Assembly: GCA_050250255.1 (NCBI GenBank)
Contig: JBFWOZ010000001.1
Location: 78,211 to 142,210, forward strand
Source: Bdellovibrionales bacterium
GTDB taxonomy: Bacteria > Bdellovibrionota > Bdellovibrionia > Bdellovibrionales > DASUEL01
Reading direction: 5' to 3'
Length of the DNA: 64,000 bases
A model generated the notes under the pieces. The model had not been told where the DNA came from. It saw nothing but the letters and a program-made list of their open reading frames with translations, and did no database searches. This document shows, piece after piece, positions 1 to 8,050 of the stretch (positions within the stretch are counted from its first letter, which is position 1; every line of letters starts with the position of its first letter). A program made the translations under genes and the position numbers.

Positions 1-56
1 GGGCTCTTATAAGAATTCCACAATGACTTCCATATCATTGTCCCATTCAAATGCGA

Positions 57-800
57 TCACTCTTTCTTAGACTGGATCGTTTCTCTGATAACATTTTTGA
101 TGTTCTTATCTTGGCTACCGCCGACGAAACGCTTTAATCCTTCGTAGATAGAGCGGTCATTAATAAGAGCACCAAGGCTTCCTGTTCCGTTATCAATTTT
201 TTCTACAACACTCGTGAGGTTTTTCGTGAGAACTTTAAAGCTCTCGCTCGATGCTGTAAGGTTTGCCATCAGCACTCGACTTCTTCCCTCACCATTTATA
301 TTTTGCATCAGAACGTGCATTTCATCGATAATTTTAAAGGCTTTCTGCAGTTTATCTCCGCTTTCGGCTAGTGTCTCAAGGATGCCACCCTTCCCTTCGG
401 ACTTTAAATACCCGTTATGAGGGAGAGGCGGATTCGTTGCACTTCCCGGGATAATATAGATGTATTTATCTCCGAGCGCTCCTTGTGTTCTGACATCGGC
501 CATGGATCCTTCGGTGATTTGTTTTTGATAGCGTTGATCAATTTCCATAGTTAACTCTACAAGGTTGACTCCTTGCTCTTGAATGATCGCAATATCCGTG
601 ACGTTTCCTACTTTTATTCCAAGAATGTTCACCACGCTGCCAGTGCCAAGACCTTGGACCTGTTCTAACTTTACTTTCAAGTTATACTTCGTAATAAAGA
701 GACCATCGCCGCCGAGCATGAGGACGGAGACGACAAAAAGGAGGAGGGCACCGCTGACCAAGAGTCCAACTTTAAACTGTAATTTTCTTGCTGGTTCCAT
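57..800 (-). CDS. mlaD: MCE/MlaD family periplasmic substrate-binding protein
   Basis: N-terminal TM anchor, MCE motifs GLGTGSVVNILGIKVGNV and TQGALGDKYIYIIPG, helical C-terminus; operon with ATPase and permease. Confidence 0.9.
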   Translation of the reverse strand: MEPARKLQFKVGLLVSGALLLFVVSVLMLGGDGLFITKYNLKVKLEQVQGLGTGSVVNILGIKVGNVTDIAIIQEQGVNLVELTMEIDQRYQKQITEGSMADVRTQGALGDKYIYIIPGSATNPPLPHNGYLKSEGKGGILETLAESGDKLQKAFKIIDEMHVLMQNINGEGRSRVLMANLTASSESFKVLTKNLTSVVEKIDNGTGSLGALINDRSIYEGLKRFVGGSQDKNIKNVIRETIQSKKE

Positions 801-1531
801 TAGGGTTCTTCTCCCTGAATAAATTCGTGAATAAGTCCACTTTCATTTTTATCGAGTTCTTCTCGTGTGCCGGATGCGGCAATTCGGCCATGCTTCAGCA
901 TGGCGATGCGGTCACAAACCGCAAAAGCACTTGGCATGTCGTGAGTGACAAGAATCGAAGTCACTCCTTTTGCCTTCAGTCTTAAAATCATGTCTTGAAT
1001 ACGTTTTGTATTATAAGGATCGAGTCCCGCCGTAGGTTCATCGTAAAGAACCACTTTGGGTTTGATAATAATCGCCCGCGCAAGGCCTAAACGTTTTTGC
1101 ATTCCGCCTGATAAATTGGCAGGATAAATTTGCTCGTTTCCTTGTAAGCCGAACTCTGCAAGCTGCTCTTTTATTTTCTTTTCAATTTCGGCTTCAGAAT
1201 CATTCGTATGTTCTCTTAATGGGTAGGCCAGATTTTCATAAACCGTCATAGAGTCAAACAGAGCGCCACCTTGGAAAACGTATGCCACTTCTTTTCGAAC
1301 TGCGACGAGGTCATCTTCGTTCATAATGTCGACACGTTCACCATTAACAAAAATTTCACCGCCGTCAGGTCTTTCGAGTCCGATAAGACTTCGAAGGAGA
1401 ACGCTTTTTCCAGTGCCAGAACCTCCGAGAAGACCCAAACATTCGCCCTGCTTAACCGTAAAGCTCACGCCACGGTGTACGGCTTTTGAGCCGAAGCTCT
1501 TATAAAAATCTTTTACTTCTATGATGTCCAT
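800..1531 (-). CDS. mlaF: MlaF/Mkl family ABC transporter ATPase
   Basis: Walker A GGSGTGKS, FQGGALFDSMTV, LSGGMQKR, YDEPTAGLDP; start placed at ATG 1531 (MDIIEV). Confidence 0.92.
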   Translation of the reverse strand: MDIIEVKDFYKSFGSKAVHRGVSFTVKQGECLGLLGGSGTGKSVLLRSLIGLERPDGGEIFVNGERVDIMNEDDLVAVRKEVAYVFQGGALFDSMTVYENLAYPLREHTNDSEAEIEKKIKEQLAEFGLQGNEQIYPANLSGGMQKRLGLARAIIIKPKVVLYDEPTAGLDPYNTKRIQDMILRLKAKGVTSILVTHDMPSAFAVCDRIAMLKHGRIAASGTREELDKNESGLIHEFIQGEEP

Positions 1532-2310
1532 TGCAAAAGTACCCAAAAAAGTTTGGTTAAAAAGAAATCACTGATCACAATAATGATTGAAGAAGTCACA
1601 ACTGATTGTGTGGTGGCGATACCGACGCCAAGGGTTCCTGCCTTTGAAGTCATGCCATAATAGCAGGCCGTCACGCCAATAACGAGTCCGAACACCACGG
1701 TTTTCATAAGTCCAACCATGTAGTCTTTTGTCGTTACGGTATACGCCACTTTTTGAATATAAAAATCTGCGTCCATTCCGAGCTCGGTCACGGCTACAAT
1801 CATTCCGCCAAAAATACCTACGGAATTAGCAATGATTGTAAGGAGGGGAAGACAAACAACGGTTGCAACTATACGGGGAATAACAATTTTTTTAATCGGA
1901 GAAGTTCCGAGAGCACGAATTGCATCAATTTGCTGAGTTACTTTCATAGAACCGATTTCAGAGGCGATCCCGGCACCAACGCGTGCGGCGAGCATAAGAC
2001 TTGTAAAAATAGGTCCAAGTTCTTTCACGATAGAAAGGGCTACAAGTTTTGGAATATAAAGCTTGCCCCCAAACTTTTCTAATCCATATCCGTACTGAAG
2101 TGCCATCACCATGCCTGTACATAATGCCGTCGCCGATACGAGTACGGTTGACTTCACGCCCACATGATAAATCTGGTCGATGATGAGCGCGGGGTAGTGA
2201 GGACGCTTAAAAGATTCCCGAATTGCTTTTTGTAAAAGAAGGGCCGTGCCACCCACGAGGTTGACCTTGTCGACCATAAATTTTCCAAAAGTCAGGACCA
2301 CTGCATTCAT
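1519..2310 (-). CDS. mlaE: MlaE family ABC transporter permease
   Basis: KELGPIFTSLMLAARVGAGIASEIGSMKVTQQIDAIRALG signature. Confidence 0.93.
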   Translation of the reverse strand: MNAVVLTFGKFMVDKVNLVGGTALLLQKAIRESFKRPHYPALIIDQIYHVGVKSTVLVSATALCTGMVMALQYGYGLEKFGGKLYIPKLVALSIVKELGPIFTSLMLAARVGAGIASEIGSMKVTQQIDAIRALGTSPIKKIVIPRIVATVVCLPLLTIIANSVGIFGGMIVAVTELGMDADFYIQKVAYTVTTKDYMVGLMKTVVFGLVIGVTACYYGMTSKAGTLGVGIATTQSVVTSSIIIVISDFFLTKLFWVLLQWTS

Positions 2311-2813
2311 TAGGGGGCCTCAAAGTTTTTTAGAAAGGATTTGAACACGTGTAGGTCCGATTCGAACTTTTTATCGAGAGCAATGTAGCTAATGGTATAT
2401 GAACATCCGTTTTTCTTAAGAATCATGAATTCCATTTTTGTCATGATGCCATCAACTTTTCCTGAAATTACAGAGTTGAGTGCTTCCCGTTCGTTGTACG
2501 GAACTCTTTGTGACTTAAGAATTTGTGTTTCTTCTAATCCAAAAATTAATGATTGCTGTATGGATTCTAGAGAAGGATCTCCATCGTTGCACGCAGAGCG
2601 AAAGGAAATGGATGTGTTATTAAATCCATTTTTCCATCCGTGATCGACGTCACTTGAATCAATCGCAACGAAAGGCTCTGGTGGAGCTTTAAATTTTATA
2701 TTTTTTGCGGGTTCACTTTTCTTTGGACCGATTTGCACGGAAACACATCCGGAAACGCTGCCCGCTAAAAATAAAATCGCAATCATCAACTTGAGCTTCA
2801 TATGTTGTTCCAT
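2310..2813 (-). CDS. Lipoprotein, first gene of the MCE operon; possible PsbP/DcrB-like fold
   Basis: Lipobox VSGC after hydrophobic stretch; stop overlaps mlaE start; C-terminal pattern YTISY...FKSFLKNF; fold is inference. Confidence 0.7.
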   Translation of the reverse strand: MEQHMKLKLMIAILFLAGSVSGCVSVQIGPKKSEPAKNIKFKAPPEPFVAIDSSDVDHGWKNGFNNTSISFRSACNDGDPSLESIQQSLIFGLEETQILKSQRVPYNEREALNSVISGKVDGIMTKMEFMILKKNGCSYTISYIALDKKFESDLHVFKSFLKNFEAP

Positions 2814-2932
2814 GGCCTGATGCTTTCAAAGGTTGGAAATCACTCAATTTCTTATCGGTCTTCCTTCAAAAAAAATAATCCCCTCCCAACCTTAGGATAG
2901 GACGATTTTTTGTTTTTCTAGGTGTCATGCGT

Positions 2933-2948
2933 TTGTCAGGCCTGACAA
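2933..2948. promoter_or_regulatory. Perfect 16-bp palindrome, candidate upstream activator site
   Basis: TTGTCAGGCCTGACAA, about 70-90 bp upstream of the sigma54 promoter at 3020. Confidence 0.5.
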
Positions 2949-3019
2949 GAAAACGTGGTCGAGTTAACCGCGGCGAATGTACCTGTTGCAGCTTAGCGCG
3001 GGTTGCAGTCGTTCTCTTC

Positions 3020-3035
3020 TGGCACTTGAAATGCT
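3020..3035 (+). promoter_or_regulatory. sigma54 (-24/-12) promoter of the flagellar operon
   Basis: TGGCACTTGAAATGCT = GG-N10-GC with TGGCAC core, followed by AGGAGG (3048-3053) and ATG 3058. Confidence 0.75.
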
Positions 3036-3057
3036 CTTCATGGTGGTAGGAGGTTAC

Positions 3058-3219
3058 ATGCAGAAAAAATCTTTCATGATGGAGATGTTTAAGTCTCTGA
3101 ATAGACTCGTAAAACAAAATATCGAGAGAAATTCCTATATGATCCTTCGACCAAAGCCCAGTGAGACAATTGACAGCGTGGCTTTAATTCGGCTTTTGAG
3201 AAGGAGAACTTCTCGATGA
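3058..3219 (+). CDS. Small basic hypothetical protein (53 aa), first gene of flagellar operon
   Basis: Strong AGGAGG RBS; ATGA overlap with next gene; the longer ORF from 2977 would span the promoter. Confidence 0.6.
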   Translation: MQKKSFMMEMFKSLNRLVKQNIERNSYMILRPKPSETIDSVALIRLLRRRTSR

Positions 3220-5921
3220 AGTTGAACCAGCGTCTTCTTATCTTGATGGCTTGTCTGATTCCTCAACTTTCGTATGGGGATGACGGCGTATCGGGAGCGC
3301 TCACGCGAGTGGGAGACGCGGCTCATGCGGAGTTCACTGGTAGAAAGTCCTGGAACTACGATATCCGAAAAGAAAATCAAAATATTATTATTAATTTGCC
3401 ACCTTTGACGGACAAAACAAAAGCTCAGCTCACGTCGTGGTCAGATAGCTTTGTTTCCTCAGTCCGAATTGAAGCGGGTCCTGATGGTGGAAACCTTGTC
3501 ACATTCACTTTAGCGGCCAAAGATGTAGAACATTTTGATTACATCTCTGACCAGCCATCACGTTTGATTGTGGATTTTTATAAAAACCCCGCGCTACTAA
3601 AAAACAAAAAAACCTCAGTGGCGAGCACTCCAGTAGAAGTAAAGTTGCCTCCTAAAAAAGTAGAGAAACAAAAAGAACGTGTTATTGCAAGCGAGGCGAA
3701 AGAGTCGGAGTCTTTTCCTGCGGATGGAGAAAAAACAGATGTAGGAGTTTTTGATTCCGCAGACTCAAATTACTCTCGCTTCCAAATTTTGCCGGCTGAT
3801 ATCAAAGAAGAGGCAATTATTGCCAGCCGCGGAAATATTTACCTGCAGTATCCTATTCTTGATGACCGACAAACTCTCCTTAAAGAGCTACAAGAAAATC
3901 CTCCGATTTATGAAATTCAACCAGAAGATACGGATGAAAACAAAAAGGCGAGATTGCTCTTAACTCTCTTCGGTAAAAATCGCCCAGCGGTGTTTTCTAA
4001 ATCTCTCGAATTTTTTGAAAAACAATATCCAAAATCTCAATATATTGAGATGATTCAGTACCTGAAGGCAGATCTTGCATACGCAGATTGGAAGAAATCT
4101 CAGCTGCCGGAAGATTTAAATAAGGCCTTAAAGTTATACGAAATTCTCGTAGAAACATATCCTGAGTCAGTACTAGCAGAGAGAACGTCTCTGTTTGTCG
4201 GTTACTCTTATTTCGACCGCGGAGATTATCTTTCTTCCATTAAGTATCTTTCGAAATTTGAAAAGAAATATCCTGATTCAAAATACCGCCCTCAAGTAAG
4301 AGTGGCCTTAGCCGATGCCTATAGAGGTTTAAGAAAATACGGAGATACATTTGATATTCTTAGAAAACTCGAGGCTGATCCTGCTTCGCCGGATTATCAT
4401 GCTCAAGCTTCTTTCAAAATGGGTGATGTACACTTTTACGGCAAGTCTTATAAGCAGGCTGTAGAGAGTTACACTTCATCTCTTGAAAAATATAAAACAG
4501 CAAAGAAGGCAAATCCTTACTACAACTTGGCAGAATCCTATTTTTGGCTAGGCAAATATAAGGAAAGTCTGGATGCCCATAGGAAATTTTTGACCCTCTT
4601 CCCACGTCATGAATATGGAAATTATTCGATGGTAAGGGTGGGAGAGCTTCTTGAAATTTTAGGCGCTGATAGAAAAAAAGTTGACGGAGCCTATCTCGAA
4701 ACAATTTTCCGTTACAAAAACAGCGAGGGTGCAGGAGTAGCGCGTATTCGCTTAACGGGTCAACGTATTAAAGACATGAAAGAAAAAGAGATTGATGCGG
4801 CTCTTTTGGAAATCAATAAATTTGTAGAAAAATCCACGCTCCCTAGAATTAAAGATTTCGTAAGTATTTTAGTTTCAGACGGATATCGAGAGCGACGTGA
4901 ATATCAAAAAGCTTTCGAGCTTCTCACAAAATTCTATAACGAAAATCCAGAGGCAGATCTTTCCATATTCCGCAAAAGAATCGTGCAAAATTTGACCAGT
5001 CAGCTCAGCGTCTACGTACAAAAAGGTCAATTCATGGATTTTTTTAAAGCTTACGGAAAAGATGCTCCGTTATGGCTTAAGAATCCTGATCGTATTGACA
5101 TTGATTACTATCAAGGCCGAAGTTTTGAACAGGCGGGAGTTTCTTCAGAGGCGGCCACCTATTATCGTAAAGTTTTGAATCGTCTCTATGCGATTAAAGG
5201 TACAGATGAAGAAAAAGAACGCATGGTGATGGAAAATATTCCGAGCACCGATACGGTGAATCTCCGCCTGGCAGCGATGAGTTATCAAGAAAAAGATTAT
5301 GGACAAGCGGTGTCTTATTTAGATGCCATTCAAAGTCCTTATAAGTTGAGCCCTGATGAACAGGTTGAGAGAATTGAAGCCTACGCAAATGTCTTCATTC
5401 AAAAAGGATCTGTTGGCCAAGCAAAAAAATATTTGTCGGATCTTATTACCAACTGGAAAGGGCGTCCGGGACTTGTTTCCGCCCCCCTCGTGAAACTTTC
5501 AGAGCTTCAAATTGAGGGTCAAGAGTACGAGCGAGCTGAGCTGAACTTACAAAAGGTCATCTTAATGGAAAAAGATTCTGAGCAGGTTCCAAAAGAAACA
5601 GTGATTCACGCAATGGAACTCAAGGGCAATATCCAACTCAAGCAAAAAAAATATGAAGCTGCTGCGGCCACCTACCGTAAGCTCCTGGAAAAGTACGAAG
5701 AGGACTTCCCTCTTGAAGCCGTTCGCTACCGTTTAGGGAAGCTTCATTTTGAACAAGGAAACATGGTGGAGGCAGAAAAATCCTGGTCCACCTTAAAAGA
5801 AAATTCCACGTGGGCAAAAATGGCAAAAGAACAACTTGAACACTCTAAGTGGAACAAACAATACAAAAAATATATTCAGCGTATTCCTTCAATGGCAGAT
5901 GATAAAGGAGAGAAGCAATGA
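3216..5921 (+). CDS. Exported tetratricopeptide-repeat protein with N-terminal AMIN-like domain
   Basis: Signal peptide; DQPSRLIVDF AMIN-like motif; many TPR-like repeats such as YYNLAESYFWLGKYKESLDAHRKFLTLFP. Confidence 0.8.
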   Translation: MKLNQRLLILMACLIPQLSYGDDGVSGALTRVGDAAHAEFTGRKSWNYDIRKENQNIIINLPPLTDKTKAQLTSWSDSFVSSVRIEAGPDGGNLVTFTLAAKDVEHFDYISDQPSRLIVDFYKNPALLKNKKTSVASTPVEVKLPPKKVEKQKERVIASEAKESESFPADGEKTDVGVFDSADSNYSRFQILPADIKEEAIIASRGNIYLQYPILDDRQTLLKELQENPPIYEIQPEDTDENKKARLLLTLFGKNRPAVFSKSLEFFEKQYPKSQYIEMIQYLKADLAYADWKKSQLPEDLNKALKLYEILVETYPESVLAERTSLFVGYSYFDRGDYLSSIKYLSKFEKKYPDSKYRPQVRVALADAYRGLRKYGDTFDILRKLEADPASPDYHAQASFKMGDVHFYGKSYKQAVESYTSSLEKYKTAKKANPYYNLAESYFWLGKYKESLDAHRKFLTLFPRHEYGNYSMVRVGELLEILGADRKKVDGAYLETIFRYKNSEGAGVARIRLTGQRIKDMKEKEIDAALLEINKFVEKSTLPRIKDFVSILVSDGYRERREYQKAFELLTKFYNENPEADLSIFRKRIVQNLTSQLSVYVQKGQFMDFFKAYGKDAPLWLKNPDRIDIDYYQGRSFEQAGVSSEAATYYRKVLNRLYAIKGTDEEKERMVMENIPSTDTVNLRLAAMSYQEKDYGQAVSYLDAIQSPYKLSPDEQVERIEAYANVFIQKGSVGQAKKYLSDLITNWKGRPGLVSAPLVKLSELQIEGQEYERAELNLQKVILMEKDSEQVPKETVIHAMELKGNIQLKQKKYEAAAATYRKLLEKYEEDFPLEAVRYRLGKLHFEQGNMVEAEKSWSTLKENSTWAKMAKEQLEHSKWNKQYKKYIQRIPSMADDKGEKQ

Positions 5922-6856
5922 GCGACACGATCATTACCGCAGATGCAAAGATGAGAGAGATTCTCACAATCGCGGAGAACGTGGCTTCAAGTCGTGCGAC
6001 AGTTCTCATCAAAGGTGAGAGCGGTACCGGGAAAGAATTAGTAGCCCGATTGATTCATAGAAAAAGCTCTCGAATGAGTAAGCGTTTTGTCGCGATCAAC
6101 TGCGCCGCCGTACCTGAAGGTCTGTTGGAAAGCGAGCTCTTCGGATTTGAAAAAGGTGCTTTTACCGGCGCCACCATGAGTAAGCCTGGAAAGTTTGAAT
6201 TGGCGTCTGATGGAACCCTTCTACTTGATGAAATGAGCGAGATGGCTCTTCATCTTCAGGGAAAGCTGCTTCGTGCGATTCAAGAGGGTGAAATCGAACG
6301 CCTCGGTGGACGTGGCCCCATTAAAGTAAACGTCCGCATTATCGCAACAACAAACCGAGATCTCAAAGAGATGGTGAAGAACGGACAGTTTAGAGAAGAT
6401 CTTTACTACCGTTTGAATGTCATTCCGTTAGAAATCCCACCATTAAGACAAAGACTAAAAGATATTGAATTACTAACAAAGCATTTCATTGGGGTTTCTT
6501 GCCTCATCAATGGAAAAAATGTAAAGGATATTTCTGATGCGGCACTGAGAAAATTGAAAGGTGCTAGCTGGCCAGGAAATATTCGCGAACTTGAAAATAC
6601 TATTGAGCGAGCTGTTCTACTTGCGAAGAGTGAAACCATTCATGAGGATGATTTCCCTTCTCTTACAAGCGCTCAGTCATCAACGATCTATGATTTGTCT
6701 CCAGGAATGACAGTTTCTGATGCCGAGAAGTTTTTAATTTTGCGCACTTTAGATTACACCAGCCAGAATCGAACTCAGGCTGCAAAAATGCTTGGAATTA
6801 GTATCCGTACTCTTAGAAATAAAATTCAAGAATACAAATTAACGGGTGAATTATGA
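5918..6856 (+). CDS. sigma54-dependent enhancer-binding protein (AAA+ and Fis HTH) without receiver domain
   Basis: GESGTGKE, ESELFG, GAFTGA, FREDLYYRLNV, WPGNIREL, NRTQAAKMLGISIRTL; AAA domain starts within about 5 residues of the N-terminus. Confidence 0.93.
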   Translation: MSDTIITADAKMREILTIAENVASSRATVLIKGESGTGKELVARLIHRKSSRMSKRFVAINCAAVPEGLLESELFGFEKGAFTGATMSKPGKFELASDGTLLLDEMSEMALHLQGKLLRAIQEGEIERLGGRGPIKVNVRIIATTNRDLKEMVKNGQFREDLYYRLNVIPLEIPPLRQRLKDIELLTKHFIGVSCLINGKNVKDISDAALRKLKGASWPGNIRELENTIERAVLLAKSETIHEDDFPSLTSAQSSTIYDLSPGMTVSDAEKFLILRTLDYTSQNRTQAAKMLGISIRTLRNKIQEYKLTGEL

Positions 6857-7260
6857 GCTTATTTGACAAGACCACGGGAGCGCTCGGCGCAGCGCTCAAC
6901 CTCAGATTGCAAAGACAAAATGTCATCTCTGGCAATATCGCGAATGCGGAGACTCCGGGCTATAACGCCAAGAAGATGGATTTCGAAGGCGAATTGTCAC
7001 GTGCTCTGGATCTAGATGGAAAGAGAAGCATCGAGACGACTCATGCCGGTCATGTGCCAGTACGCGGTGATCAGTTATCTCGCATCACTGGAGATATTTA
7101 CGACAATCCAGACATCCCGGTGGATAACGATAAAAATACTGTGGATTTAGAAAAAGAAATGGCGAGTCTTAACGAAAACAGCATTCTTTATAAAACGGCA
7201 GTGGAGTTGATACGTAAAAAACTCGGCGCCATGAAATATGCTGTATCAGAGGGTAGATAA
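6853..7260 (+). CDS. flgB: Flagellar basal-body rod protein FlgB
   Basis: RQNVISGNIANAETPGY, NTVDLEKEM. Confidence 0.95.
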   Translation: MSLFDKTTGALGAALNLRLQRQNVISGNIANAETPGYNAKKMDFEGELSRALDLDGKRSIETTHAGHVPVRGDQLSRITGDIYDNPDIPVDNDKNTVDLEKEMASLNENSILYKTAVELIRKKLGAMKYAVSEGR

Positions 7261-7694
7261 TGGATTTTCTAACGGGCCTTCGCATTGGTAGTAGTGGGAT
7301 GACGGCGCAGCGAGCGCGCATGAATGCTATTTCAAGCAATATTGCGAATGTTAATACTGTTCGCACTCCTGAAGGTGGCCCTTATCGCAGAAAAGATGTG
7401 CTCTTAGAAGCCATGCCTGAAGCTAAAACTTTTGGCGAAGTACTAACAGGTGAAAAAGAAAAAATTCAGAGAGTGCAAGTAACAGATGTTCTTGTGGATC
7501 GTCGTGCACCTCTCTTGAAGTATGAGCCAGACCATCCAGACGCAAATCAAGATGGATATGTGGCGTATCCAAATATTAATTTGATGGAAGAGATGGCGAA
7601 TATGATTCAGGCCACTCGAGCTTATGAAGCGAACGTTTCGGCAGTGCAGGCTACTAAAAATATGGCATTTTCAGCCTTGGATATTGCAAGGTAA
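7260..7694 (+). CDS. flgC: Flagellar basal-body rod protein FlgC
   Basis: SNIANVNT, PYRRK, YEPDHPDA, GYVAYPNIN, RAYEAN. Confidence 0.96.
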   Translation: MDFLTGLRIGSSGMTAQRARMNAISSNIANVNTVRTPEGGPYRRKDVLLEAMPEAKTFGEVLTGEKEKIQRVQVTDVLVDRRAPLLKYEPDHPDANQDGYVAYPNINLMEEMANMIQATRAYEANVSAVQATKNMAFSALDIAR

Positions 7695-7704
7695 GGGGTA
7701 TTAG

Positions 7705-8028
7705 ATGGACGGAATTAATTTCTCCAATCTAGACATTCGATCAGGTGGAGTGAGTGGCACTCAATCTGCACAGGGTAAAACCTCACTACAAAAGTCAGAT
7801 GGAACACAGAGTGATTTTGTTCAAACACTGAAGAACGCAATCAACAATGTAGATGGCCTTCAGAAAGAGTCTGATTTGAAGATGCAACAACTGGCGACTG
7901 GTCAGAATACAAACATTCATGAGACAATGATTGCAGCTGAAAAGGCAGACATTGCGATGAGATTAATGGTGCAAGTACGAAATAAGATCATCGAGGCCTA
8001 CCAAGAAATCATGAGAATGCAAGTTTAA
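7705..8028 (+). CDS. fliE: Flagellar hook-basal body protein FliE
   Basis: HETMIAAEKA...VQVRNKIIEAYQEIMRMQV. Confidence 0.96.
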   Translation: MDGINFSNLDIRSGGVSGTQSAQGKTSLQKSDGTQSDFVQTLKNAINNVDGLQKESDLKMQQLATGQNTNIHETMIAAEKADIAMRLMVQVRNKIIEAYQEIMRMQV

Positions 8029-8050
8029 GGTTCCTGACAGGGGAGGGTGA

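Noticed and set aside
1..38. Possible minus-strand gene start MIWKSLWNSYKS downstream of mlaD
   Set aside because: Only 12 codons visible at the window edge; cannot be supported
2977..3057. Longer 80-aa version of the small ORF
   Set aside because: Would span the sigma54 promoter; the RBS supports ATG 3058
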